Assembly (NCBI GenBank): GCA_036268775.1
Contig: DATATM010000010.1
Location: 31,951 to 95,950 of the forward strand
Length of the DNA stretch: 64,000 nucleotides
Reading direction: 5' to 3'
Origin: Acidimicrobiales bacterium
GTDB taxonomy: Bacteria > Actinomycetota > Acidimicrobiia > Acidimicrobiales > RAAP-2
The translations under genes were made by a program, and so were the position numbers. Below are positions 9,635 to 18,020 of this stretch, in pieces. Numbering within the stretch: the stretch's first letter is position 1; the number at the start of each line of letters is the position of its first letter. The notes beneath the pieces were generated by a model, which saw only the letters and a program-made list of their open reading frames with translations, did not search any database and was not told the origin of the DNA.

Positions 9635-10102
9635 ATGAACAGTAACGACGAGGCGGTGAGGCGGCTGATCGACAAGGACCAGATAATCGATCTCGTCCAT
9701 CGCTATTCCTACTGCGTCGATCACCGGCTCTACGACGAGGTCGTCGAACTCTTCACCGAGGACTGTCTGGTCGACTACGGACCGGGAATCGCACCGCTAC
9801 GATCCCGGGCCGATCTCCGACAGATGTTCGGGCATCCCGATGGAGGATTCGTCGCAACCAGTCACCACAATGCCAACGTCTTCATAACGTTCGAGGACCT
9901 GGATCATGCGTCGGTGCGCACATCCGTGTACGCCTGGCACCTGCGGGCCGACGGGAGTACGCCCCGGGTGTGGGGCTATTACCACGACTCAGTTGTCCGC
10001 CTTCTCGACGGGTGGCGCATTGCGGAGCGCCAGCTTCGGGCGTTGGGGACCGAGGACTGGACCATGGAAATGCATTCAGCTCTCGAAGGCGAAGCTCGGT
10101 AG
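9635..10102 (+). CDS. SnoaL-like / NTF2 family protein
   Basis: ORF 9308..10102 trimmed to ATG 9635, preceded by GGGAGG at 9625-9630. LIDKDQIIDLVHRYSYCVDHRLYDEVVELFTEDC is typical of SnoaL_4-type proteins. Confidence 0.8.
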   Translation: MNSNDEAVRRLIDKDQIIDLVHRYSYCVDHRLYDEVVELFTEDCLVDYGPGIAPLRSRADLRQMFGHPDGGFVATSHHNANVFITFEDLDHASVRTSVYAWHLRADGSTPRVWGYYHDSVVRLLDGWRIAERQLRALGTEDWTMEMHSALEGEAR

Positions 10103-10266
10103 TCGGCAGTGTTCTGTCGTATAGACACCCGGCACTCGACCTGGGTTGCTGGATGCCCCTCCTTACGCCGAGCCGATAGGGGTGCATGCCCTCACGCCTG
10201 GTCCGTGATGCAGCTCGGCACATTGCAGATGCCCATCGAAACCATCCCGGGAGGATTATTAGGCAC

Positions 10267-10857
10267 TCAGCAGCCGCTAGCCGCTTTCCCGACAGGAGGC
10301 GCCAATGCCACGAACTCCCAATTGGGGGCTTGCTCTGGAGAAAGGCTCACGGTTGCTATTGAACCGTTGGTGAGTTGTTTCGCCCAGGAGACCCCACCGG
10401 AGCTAGTTGTGCCCGTCGAGATTCTGTTCCACCCGAGAGCGACGAGATGGCTGCCCACCTGAGAGATGAGTGTGGCGGTTGTGCCCGTCCACGCAAACCC
10501 TGCCTGTACGACGGCCTGCCCCCAACCCTGGGTCCCCGGACGCCCATCACAACTGTCCTGCCTGGGCTCGCTTTTGATCAGATATGCCTGTGACACGCTT
10601 GGGTTGCTGACCCACGGCAGGCTGGAGGTTCCGTAGCCGGGAAGCGCCGAAGCAGCAGGAACTAACTGGTTCAGTACCTTGCCTCCGGGGTCGCCCGATG
10701 TCTGAGTCGGCCCTGGTGGCTGAGTCCGATTGGACAACCACCACCCGCCTGCTGCCAGTAGAACGATCACGATGACGGCTGCTAAAAGCCAGCGACGACG
10801 ATTTTGCGGGGCATTCGGTGTACCGCTGTCGATCACCGATGCTGAAGTGGAGACCAC
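10267..10857 (-). CDS. Membrane-anchored hypothetical protein
   Basis: ORF 10267..10857 with a GTG start. Basic N-terminus, then one TM segment (WLLAAVIVIVLLAAGGWW), then a Ser/Thr/Gly-rich extracytoplasmic domain. Confidence 0.6.
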   Translation of the reverse strand: MVSTSASVIDSGTPNAPQNRRRWLLAAVIVIVLLAAGGWWLSNRTQPPGPTQTSGDPGGKVLNQLVPAASALPGYGTSSLPWVSNPSVSQAYLIKSEPRQDSCDGRPGTQGWGQAVVQAGFAWTGTTATLISQVGSHLVALGWNRISTGTTSSGGVSWAKQLTNGSIATVSLSPEQAPNWEFVALAPPVGKAASGC

Positions 10858-11069
10858 TCGATGAAGCTACTTCGGACTTGGCAGTAGGTGCCATACCGGC
10901 CCATGGGGCATTCTCCACCTTGCTGCAACACTCTCGACGTGGGGGACCTCGAATTGGTCCCAGAATTGAAATTCCGACCGATGAATGAATTCGCGGGACC
11001 TATAACGTCCAACTGTATGAACCGCTGCGCTCAGTAGTGCAGGCGTAGAGCGACAGAGAGGACTAGAAC

Positions 11070-11588
11070 ATGTCAGAGGAAAGCAAGCCGGTTGAAGTAT
11101 CACGCAGGATCGAAGCACCGGCGTCCGTCATCTTTGAAATCCTGGCGAATCCGCAACGTCACATGGATTTCGACGGGTCCGACATGCTCCGGGGGGCCCT
11201 CCTCGATCGTCCCATCTCCGACGTGGGCGACACCTTCACCATGAAGATGCATCGGCTCGGAGACGATTACCTCATGCTCAACTATGTGGTGGAGTTCGAG
11301 CCAGATCGGCACATATTTTGGGAACCGGCTCCAGGCGACCCTTCTCGGGCTGAGGGTGATGATCCATCCAAGGTCGGCATTCCTGCGGGCTACCGCTGGG
11401 GCTACATCCTCACTCCGGACGGTAACGACGCCACCGTCGTCACGGAGGTATTCGACTCTGGCACCGTGACGGAGGAGATCCGCCAATCCCTCTTTCACGA
11501 TGGCGGGGCGTGGATCAACGGGAACAATTCGATGCTCGAGTCTATGACGGCCAGCTTGGAGAGGCTCGAAAAGATCATTACCAAGTAG
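11070..11588 (+). CDS. SRPBCC (START/polyketide-cyclase-like) family protein
   Basis: ORF 11070..11588. VSRRIEAPASVIFEILANPQRH and GDTFTMKM are typical of SRPBCC proteins. Paralogous to 14829..15305. Confidence 0.8.
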   Translation: MSEESKPVEVSRRIEAPASVIFEILANPQRHMDFDGSDMLRGALLDRPISDVGDTFTMKMHRLGDDYLMLNYVVEFEPDRHIFWEPAPGDPSRAEGDDPSKVGIPAGYRWGYILTPDGNDATVVTEVFDSGTVTEEIRQSLFHDGGAWINGNNSMLESMTASLERLEKIITK

Positions 11589-11643
11589 GACCGCTGCCGG
11601 AGTTCGAGTGGCTGAGGAACCTTCCGATTCTGAGAACTCCTGC

Positions 11644-11949
11644 TTACTCCGGATGGAGCGAGAGCGCGAGGCTCGGCACGACGAACGACAAGAGAAAGAC
11701 CGGCAAGAACCTCTTTCCGGTACTTCGGAAGGCGACGACCTGGTCCTCGGCCGCGTCGAAGGTCAGAGTGCGGCTCAAGTTTCGGCCATTTCGGACTTGC
11801 AGGGTGTGATGTCCAGGTTGGATTGGTATCTCGATCGTGTCGTTCATTTCGAGCGATCCAACGCGCTCACCGTCGACCACGACATCGAAGGTGCCACGGC
11901 GGACCTCCACTCCGATCGCTTTATGGGTCAGTTTGAGAGTTGCCGACAT
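11644..11949 (-). CDS. Hypothetical protein with C-terminal hydrophobic segment (101 aa)
   Basis: ORF 11644..11949. ATG preceded by AAGGAGG about 6 nt upstream. C-terminal FLPVFLLSFVVPSLAL. Confidence 0.7.
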   Translation of the reverse strand: MSATLKLTHKAIGVEVRRGTFDVVVDGERVGSLEMNDTIEIPIQPGHHTLQVRNGRNLSRTLTFDAAEDQVVAFRSTGKRFLPVFLLSFVVPSLALSLHPE

Positions 11950-12127
11950 CTTCGCCCTCCTTGCCCGTTGCGCCTTGGGTTATTCCGCGAGCCTGGGAGT
12001 CGATCTTCAGAGCCACGAGCCCGCAGCCGAGCACGTCGGCAAAGAGCGCGGTGGCAGCGACTTCACGCGCCTCTTTCGGGGCGGGCGTCCGCCCGGAACC
12101 CTCACTGTCGGAGGCGAACGTTCTCAA
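11921..12127 (-). CDS. Possible small ORF (68 aa)
   Basis: ORF 11921..12127. Third-position GC is similar to neighbouring island genes by hand count. It overlaps the next start by 29 nt. No family recognised. Confidence 0.25.
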   Translation of the reverse strand: MRTFASDSEGSGRTPAPKEAREVAATALFADVLGCGLVALKIDSQARGITQGATGKEGEDVGNSQTDP

Positions 12128-12236
12128 GGTACTCCTTATGGCGCCCCTCGATGCTCCCCGTCATCGCGTGCCGTCGAGGGTGCCACCTCGCCGGGGGCGG
12201 TGAGACGGGACTTCTCCGTCCCACCTGGGTGAGCAT

Positions 12237-12857
12237 CTATGGAATGGGCGGCATCCCAAGGTTGGCACGCCATTGGTTGGTCTCGTTTGTCTTGGGAAAC
12301 GGCTCACTTGGAATCTCGAGACCGAGGCGCTCGCAGATTGGGCCCCACCCCTCTCTCGGTGTCCACTCCAATAGCCTCTCAGGCGGGATTGCTTTGCGGA
12401 CTGAGTCGTTGTGGTCCTCAAACGCCTTCATCATCGCCACTGGATCGTCCAGTTTGTTGCTGAACCGTTCGCCCATGAGCTGGTGCATGCTCTCAAACCA
12501 CGGCTCCATGCCCGGCGGCATGTGTTCAAAAACCTGGAAGATCGTATTCGAGGCGCTCCGATACCAGCTCTCAGGATCTCGTACTGATAGCAGTACCAGT
12601 GCCTCGGGATTTGCCTCCGTCAACTCGGGCCAGAAGGAGGCTCCAGGCCAGTCAACTAGGGCCCCATAACCCTTTGGCATCGTGGACCAGTCAACCGGCC
12701 GGCCCTCGATCGCATCCGTCCAACCAGTGATCTGCGATGGGTCGACAATGATTTCGAACATGTGATGGCAGGGTTCGCCCAATAGTTGCTCGAGAGCAAG
12801 CTTCAATGAGTTCGTCCCGGTCCGACCGACCCCAGCGCCGACAACCTTCAGTGTCAT
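12237..12857 (-). CDS. Sulfotransferase family protein
   Basis: ORF 12237..12857. The N-terminal GVGRTGTNSL PAPS-binding-like loop and overall length fit the Sulfotransfer_4-type family. Confidence 0.8.
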   Translation of the reverse strand: MTLKVVGAGVGRTGTNSLKLALEQLLGEPCHHMFEIIVDPSQITGWTDAIEGRPVDWSTMPKGYGALVDWPGASFWPELTEANPEALVLLSVRDPESWYRSASNTIFQVFEHMPPGMEPWFESMHQLMGERFSNKLDDPVAMMKAFEDHNDSVRKAIPPERLLEWTPREGWGPICERLGLEIPSEPFPKTNETNQWRANLGMPPIP

Positions 12858-13031
12858 TCCGTTCCGCCGATCTCTCGCGGTGGGTTAATGGTGGCCTGAC
12901 AGTAACGCCCCCCTGCTTCCGAGGTATCCCTATAAACAAGGGAGGAATGCTCGACACATCAACACGGTGTCCGCGGCGAACTGGCCTGGCCCTAAATGCC
13001 GGATTCGTGGATCAGGTGGCCACCCTTGAGC

Positions 13032-13502
13032 ATGGCTACGATCCTCCAGAGACACTGGAAGGGGAGGCAAACGACTGCTCGGAGTCTTGAAGAGGCTGTT
13101 GAGGAAAGCCACGCTGCCCTGGGTGAGACCGGCAGTGAGGACGTTGGGCCCTTTATGGCTCTGTACTCCGATGGCGACGACATAACTTTCGGGAACCCCT
13201 TCGGGCCTTTCGTCCGTGGCAAGGAGGCTGTTCGCGAGGAGGCCGAGCGTGCCGCCTCGCGTTACCGAGAGGGTCAGGTTGTGGGGTTCGAACGGGTGAC
13301 GACGCATCTCGCCGACAGGCTGGCATGCGTCGCCGAGGTCGAGCATCTTCAAGCGAAGCTCGCCGGCAGTGACAGTCCAGCCTCGATCGCCCTGCGAGCG
13401 ACCAGCGTGTTTCGAGAGGAAGATGGGATCTGGAGGCTTGTGCACCGGCACGCGGATGCGATCACGACGCCTCAGGCGCCGGAGTCAGTCATCGGCCGCT
13501 AG
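13032..13502 (+). CDS. DUF4440/SnoaL-like (ketosteroid-isomerase-like) protein
   Basis: ORF 12996..13502. Start is ambiguous between ATG 12996 and ATG 13032. The C-terminal RATSVFREEDGIWRLVHRHAD is typical of this fold. Confidence 0.75.
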   Translation: MATILQRHWKGRQTTARSLEEAVEESHAALGETGSEDVGPFMALYSDGDDITFGNPFGPFVRGKEAVREEAERAASRYREGQVVGFERVTTHLADRLACVAEVEHLQAKLAGSDSPASIALRATSVFREEDGIWRLVHRHADAITTPQAPESVIGR

Positions 13503-13586
13503 CCAACAAGGACGGCGTGCATCCCGCGACTTAGGGGTTCTGGGTTTCCCATACCGCCGATCAGTGGCAAAGGCTCTGCAGCGTGA

Positions 13587-14111
13587 TCAGTTCTGTTGCG
13601 CGGCTTCGTACGAGGGCACGCCCAACTCGGAGTACCTAGGTTGCCGAGGGGCGACACGCACGACCTCGGTGCCGGAGAGAACGTCCCATGGAGTACGGCG
13701 TGATGCGCGAACCAAGTCGTCCGGCGGTGACGCTCCCATTACGAAGGTGATCCCGACGGCGCAGCACGCGACGATGGTTGGAAGAATCAGAACCAGGCAG
13801 CAGATTTCGCGAAAGAACACTCGCATCGGACCCGCCGAGGATCCATCAGATTGCCGTACGAGACGGAGGCCGGTAAGCCGATAGCTCGGCGTAGAACTCT
13901 GGCGCCATTCGAAGAGGCTCCAGATCAACCATCCGACCCCCAGGGTGACGACGATCAATCCCACCGTGAGAGCTAGAGCGTGTAGTCGGATGCCAGTGCT
14001 GGCAGAAGGCGCTCCGGTTAGGTCGATCTGTCTCGGGCCGGTCGCCGACGGTTTCAACGTGTGCCTGGAAGCCACATAACCCCTCTCGGGATCCGCCCTC
14101 GCCCCCTCCAT
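13587..14111 (-). CDS. RDD family membrane protein
   Basis: ORF 13587..14204 trimmed to ATG 14111. Two or three hydrophobic segments with a central R-x-D-rich loop (LRLVRQSDG). Confidence 0.65.
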   Translation of the reverse strand: MEGARADPERGYVASRHTLKPSATGPRQIDLTGAPSASTGIRLHALALTVGLIVVTLGVGWLIWSLFEWRQSSTPSYRLTGLRLVRQSDGSSAGPMRVFFREICCLVLILPTIVACCAVGITFVMGASPPDDLVRASRRTPWDVLSGTEVVRVAPRQPRYSELGVPSYEAAQQN

Positions 14112-14218
14112 CGTGTCACGCCAACTCCGATTGGTCCAGCCGTTTGCAGCTGTCCCCTGCCGCCAGGTAGGTGTGGCAGTACGCCACTTCTGGGCGAGGA
14201 ACACGCCGCCGGACTCAG

Positions 14219-14731
14219 CTAGACGGGTGCTTCGAGGTCAGCCGGTTCGAGGATGGACTCGCCATGGCCGGAGGCGAGGCGTGCATCTGCTCGCAACGAC
14301 CATGCCGCGCTCCAGAGGCCAGCGGAGACGAGACAGAATCCGAAGAGCTGCAGGCCATCGGTGATGGGGATCGCAATGCTGAGTCTGCCATCGTAGGGAA
14401 GACTTATTGCCTGGTGAGCCCAGTAGTAGGTCACCGACACCAGGCCGACAGCAAACGCCAAATTGGCGATTGCAAACAGTTTGAGAACTGTGGCGAGGCT
14501 GGTGCCCGAAATCGGATTCCTCTCAAGCCACGTGAACCAGGCCCAAGTGGCCCAAGCGAGGAATCCGTAGCCAACCGTATAGGCGGCACCGAAAAAGCCC
14601 TCGTAGTCCCAGTACCTGATTCCAGATTGGTAGTCGACTACCGCAATCTGACTTCCGAATGCAACGGCGACAACGATGAAGCCCAGGGCGATCAGTAATC
14701 GCTGCCTCTTTAGTGATCCCGCCACTGGCAA
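14219..14731 (-). CDS. Integral membrane protein (about 4 TM), hypothetical
   Basis: ORF 14219..14731 with aromatic-rich TM segments. No family recognised. Confidence 0.65.
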   Translation of the reverse strand: MPVAGSLKRQRLLIALGFIVVAVAFGSQIAVVDYQSGIRYWDYEGFFGAAYTVGYGFLAWATWAWFTWLERNPISGTSLATVLKLFAIANLAFAVGLVSVTYYWAHQAISLPYDGRLSIAIPITDGLQLFGFCLVSAGLWSAAWSLRADARLASGHGESILEPADLEAPV

Positions 14732-14828
14732 AGCCTAGGTGACGGGAAGATTGGGTCAAGGCCCCAAATGGCGGCTCAGCAGCAGCAATTGGCCTTGCGG
14801 ATCCTGCCTTGGAGCATTGGATCCGCGT

Positions 14829-15305
14829 TCATAGGCCCTCTCTCACGGTTCGCTCCAAGATTCCCAGCGTGGCACGGAGGGCCGACTCGGGCACGATCGG
14901 GAAGCGTTCCTTGAGGTCGCCGCTCACCTTCGACCAGTCGTAGTAGGACGTCACATTGGTGACCCCGTCCTCACCGGCATCCAGGCGATAACCATAGAAG
15001 TGCGGAACCGGAATATCGGGCCCGAGGTCCCACGCGATTTCCTTGTCGCGCTCAAAGATGATGATGTGCACGGTCACGTCGTATTTGCCGAGGGGGAGGT
15101 CATTGAGCGATTCGCGGTCCATGTGGATGACAAACGTGTCGCCCACCTTTTCGGCCGGCTCGCCGGTGAAGTCCTGCAACATTCCAGAGGCGTCGATCGC
15201 CACATGACCCGCCGGGCTACGCAAAATGTCGAAGATGGCGGCCGGCGGTGCCGGGATTGGCCGAGTCACCTCAATTCGGTCGGACAGGATGACGGTGTCG
15301 GGCAT
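14829..15305 (-). CDS. SRPBCC family protein (paralog of 11070..11588)
   Basis: ORF 14829..15371 trimmed to ATG 15305. VTRPIPAPPAAIFDILRSPAGH and GDTFVIHM align by eye with the other SRPBCC gene. Confidence 0.8.
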   Translation of the reverse strand: MPDTVILSDRIEVTRPIPAPPAAIFDILRSPAGHVAIDASGMLQDFTGEPAEKVGDTFVIHMDRESLNDLPLGKYDVTVHIIIFERDKEIAWDLGPDIPVPHFYGYRLDAGEDGVTNVTSYYDWSKVSGDLKERFPIVPESALRATLGILERTVREGL

Positions 15306-15454
15306 GTGGAGCTCCTCATGGACGTGAACGGCCTCATCGGCCGCCCTCGAGCTGTACGGTTCGACCAGCATCGCGCACCAACCACGCGACCCGCGGTCGC
15401 AGCCGGCAAGAACTGTTACGGCATCGAAAACTGGGGCTCAGCTCGTTCGCCTTA

Positions 15455-15676
15455 TCAATCCAGAAAGGCCTTCCCCGCTTCGATGGCCTCGACGAACTCG
15501 CTCACGGGGAACTCCCATTCAACCCCACCAGTTCGGGCGAAGATAGCGATCATGAGCGTCCCATTCTCATGAAACACCTGGGCTGAGACGTCCACCGTCC
15601 CGTCGTGCGCAACGCGAAGCTCGGCCACCGGCGAATCACGATCTTCAGGGTTTGCCTTGAATACTCGGATCGTCAT
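15455..15676 (-). CDS. Hypothetical small protein (73 aa)
   Basis: ORF 15455..15742 trimmed to ATG 15676. Same strand as its neighbours. No family recognised. Confidence 0.5.
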   Translation of the reverse strand: MTIRVFKANPEDRDSPVAELRVAHDGTVDVSAQVFHENGTLMIAIFARTGGVEWEFPVSEFVEAIEAGKAFLD

Positions 15677-15776
15677 CACTACCGCCTCTCCTGATCGGGC
15701 CAGAGCCATCCCCCTGAGGTGGGCCTTGCTCACATAACTCATTCATCCGGAACGGGCACGGGCCACCGGGTCGAAT

Positions 15777-16307
15777 CTATCCGCCTCCGACGAACTGGAA
15801 CCCGTTCGGGCAGGCATTCGAAGAGAGGAGGGGCTGGAACTGCCACCACGGACCGTCGAGGTGTCCGACACACTCGTCCGGCATCCCCAGGCCGATGTTG
15901 CCAGGGTTGTAGACCAACCCCCCAAACCCGTGCTGCTTGTCCCGAAGGAACTGGACTTGAGGATGGCCGAGGTTGGGGTTCGGCATCACACAGATCCGGC
16001 TTACCGGTCCGTAACCCGGAAGGGAGGTCGTGGTGGCGATGTCACCGGCGGCAGAACTGCCACAGAGGTTCGAGCCCGCCGACGACTGGAGAGCCCCGGT
16101 GGCGGCAGCCAACCAAACCGTTTCGTTTGCCTTCAACGTTGCCGAATCCGCTCTGGCGGTATCGATGGCGTGCCACCACAAGAGGCCAAGAACCAGCGCC
16201 ACCAGCAGCGCTGCCACTCCCCCGGCCCCGACCCACCTCTTCCGCCGCGGATGGCCGGGACGATCCACTTCGGCTGTCCACTGAGGCGGACGTTCCAGCA
16301 CTGGCAT
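15777..16307 (-). CDS. Membrane-anchored extracytoplasmic protein with 4 Cys, hypothetical
   Basis: ORF 15777..16520 trimmed to ATG 16307, which overlaps the upstream stop (ATGA). One TM segment (GVAALLVALVLGLLWW) followed by a domain with four cysteines. Confidence 0.65.
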   Translation of the reverse strand: MPVLERPPQWTAEVDRPGHPRRKRWVGAGGVAALLVALVLGLLWWHAIDTARADSATLKANETVWLAAATGALQSSAGSNLCGSSAAGDIATTTSLPGYGPVSRICVMPNPNLGHPQVQFLRDKQHGFGGLVYNPGNIGLGMPDECVGHLDGPWWQFQPLLSSNACPNGFQFVGGG

Positions 16308-16561
16308 CAGGCCAGCCTTGCACCCACCGGCGCCGGTCGCACCCTCTCCAGGTGGTCGAGTCGCGCCTCGGACACCGAAATGAACTGACCTTTTCCATGC
16401 ACATGACGGCGCTCGACCAAACCTCGGTCGTTGGCTTCTTCCCATACCGGGAAGCGGGGACACGATGTCCGCCAGGCGTCGAGCACTTCTGCGTAAGGAC
16501 GGGGATGGGGACCCAACCAAACCAGAAGATCGAGGATCAGCGTCTCCAGATTGTCGGTCAT
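16307..16561 (-). CDS. Small conserved hypothetical protein (84 aa, possibly winged-helix-like)
   Basis: ORF 16307..16561. The stop overlaps the next start. LILDLLVWLGPHPRPYAEVLDAWRTSCPRFPVWEEA resembles a widespread uncharacterised small protein (memory only). Confidence 0.6.
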   Translation of the reverse strand: MTDNLETLILDLLVWLGPHPRPYAEVLDAWRTSCPRFPVWEEANDRGLVERRHVHGKGQFISVSEARLDHLERVRPAPVGARLA

Positions 16562-16595
16562 CGGGCTCCTTGGATCGTGAATGTCGGTGCTGGCA

Positions 16596-17087
16596 TCAGG
16601 GCGCGTCGAGCGGGGCGACCACGACCTTGAGCAGAGACGCCAGGACCGATCGTTGGTCGCCGTCGAGGCTCCCCAGCAAGGCGTCCTCTCTCACCACCAG
16701 ATCCTTCAGGGCACTGTCCACTTTACGTCTGCCGGCGGTGGTGAGCCGCACCCGGATCGACCGAGCATCTCGGGAATCGGCCCGGCGCCGAACCAGGCCC
16801 CGTTGCTCGAGATGGTTGAGGCGGTTGGTCATGGTTCCCGAGGTGACCAGCGTCTGGGCCAGGAGTTGCCCGGGCGACAGGTCAAAGGGCGGTCCGGCCC
16901 GACGGAGCGCCGAGAGCACGTCGAATGTCCAGGTCTCCAGATCGTGCCGGGCGAAGACCACCGATCGTTGTCGTTCCAAGTGGTGGGCCAGCCGGGTGAC
17001 CCGGGAAAGGACCTCGAGCGGCGACACGTCGATACCCGGAAGCGCCTCTCCCCATCCCGCTACCAGGCGTTCCACTTCGTCTTCCAT
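16596..17087 (-). CDS. MarR family transcriptional regulator
   Basis: ORF 16596..17087. wHTH region SPGQLLAQTLVTSGTMTNRLNHLEQRGLVRRRADSRDARSIRVRLTTAG. Confidence 0.9.
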   Translation of the reverse strand: MEDEVERLVAGWGEALPGIDVSPLEVLSRVTRLAHHLERQRSVVFARHDLETWTFDVLSALRRAGPPFDLSPGQLLAQTLVTSGTMTNRLNHLEQRGLVRRRADSRDARSIRVRLTTAGRRKVDSALKDLVVREDALLGSLDGDQRSVLASLLKVVVAPLDAP

Positions 17088-17120
17088 CGGGCGTCCTCGA
17101 TTCTCGAGTTCAAATATACC

Positions 17121-17165
17121 TTGACATCAAGAGATATGTGAGGATACTCTCTTTACATCAAGAGA
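17121..17165 (+). promoter_or_regulatory. Candidate MarR operator plus promoter for the methyltransferase gene
   Basis: ACATCAAGAGA occurs twice (17124-17134 and 17155-17165). The second copy sits in the inverted repeat TCTCTT-n6-AAGAGA (17148-17165). TTGACA at 17121-17126 with GATACT at 17143-17148 (16-nt spacer). Confidence 0.45.
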
Positions 17166-17171
17166 CTTGGG

Positions 17172-18011
17172 GTGGGATCGATGGGCCACGGTGACCGAGA
17201 TCCCGGCGAAGTGAAGAAAGCCCGATCGGCAAGCTTCGGTGAGGTGGCGTCAACCTATGAGCGCTTCCGGCCCGGGCCGCCGGAAGCAGCGATTGCCTGG
17301 ATGCTCCCCGACTCCCCTACCACCGTCGTCGATCTCGGGGCAGGAACCGGGGCGATGACCAAAGACCTGGTGGGCAAAGCCGACCGGATCATCGCCATCG
17401 AGCCCGATGATCGCATGCGGGGAATCTTGGCCGGCAACCTCCCTCAAGTGACCGCCCTCCGCGGCGCCGGCGAGTCGATGCCCCTCGACACCTCGTCCGT
17501 CGATGTGGTGTTGGCCTCCGCCTCCTGGCACTGGATGGAGTCGGCGCGAGCCCTCGAGGAGACCGCGAGGGTCCTGGTGCCGGGAGGAACCCTGGGCGTC
17601 GTCTGGGCGGGGCCAGATCCTGATGGCCCGTTCCTGACCCAAGCACAGGCCATGCTCTCGGAGATGTCATCGGACCCGTCGGCGCCGGCCAGCGGTTCCG
17701 ATCCCGACCTCGACCTTGGCAACGTGGTCATGGACACGGAGAACCGGGTCGTGACCGTGTTACAGATCCCGGACGACACGCCCTTCGCTCAGCCGGAACA
17801 GCAGACCTTGACGTGGGATGTGGCGCTCAGCGCCGACGAGCTCATGGGGCTGCTGGGCACCTTCAGCTGGATCATCACCATGCCGGAGGATCGACGCACC
17901 CACGTCATCGCCGAGGCTCGGCGACTCCTTCGTGACGGTCTCGGGATCTCCGGTGATGTCACGGTGGATGTCCAATACCGGTCGGAGGCCTGGCGAACCC
18001 GGCTGATCTGA
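17172..18011 (+). CDS. Class I SAM-dependent methyltransferase
   Basis: ORF 17172..18011. SAM motif VVDLGAGTGAMT. Divergent from marR. Confidence 0.88.
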   Translation: MGSMGHGDRDPGEVKKARSASFGEVASTYERFRPGPPEAAIAWMLPDSPTTVVDLGAGTGAMTKDLVGKADRIIAIEPDDRMRGILAGNLPQVTALRGAGESMPLDTSSVDVVLASASWHWMESARALEETARVLVPGGTLGVVWAGPDPDGPFLTQAQAMLSEMSSDPSAPASGSDPDLDLGNVVMDTENRVVTVLQIPDDTPFAQPEQQTLTWDVALSADELMGLLGTFSWIITMPEDRRTHVIAEARRLLRDGLGISGDVTVDVQYRSEAWRTRLI

Positions 18012-18020
18012 CCCGGAGGC

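Noticed and set aside
12948-13090. A small plus-strand ORF starting at ATG 12948 directly after AAGGGAGGA.
   Set aside because: The spacing between the GGAGG core and the ATG is only about 1 nt, the product has no features, and it overlaps the better-supported DUF4440 gene start region in another frame.
14829-15676. The SRPBCC protein plus upstream 73-aa protein as a RatA-like toxin-antitoxin pair.
   Set aside because: A 150-nt gap separates the genes, with no overlap. The SRPBCC protein is a paralog of another lone copy at 11070. Nothing indicates toxicity, so the evidence is too weak.
9200-17170. Calling the lower-GC patch a mobile element or genomic island with defined ends.
   Set aside because: I found no integrase, transposase, tRNA/tmRNA target or flanking direct or inverted repeats. 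Only the compositional and gene-content argument is supportable.
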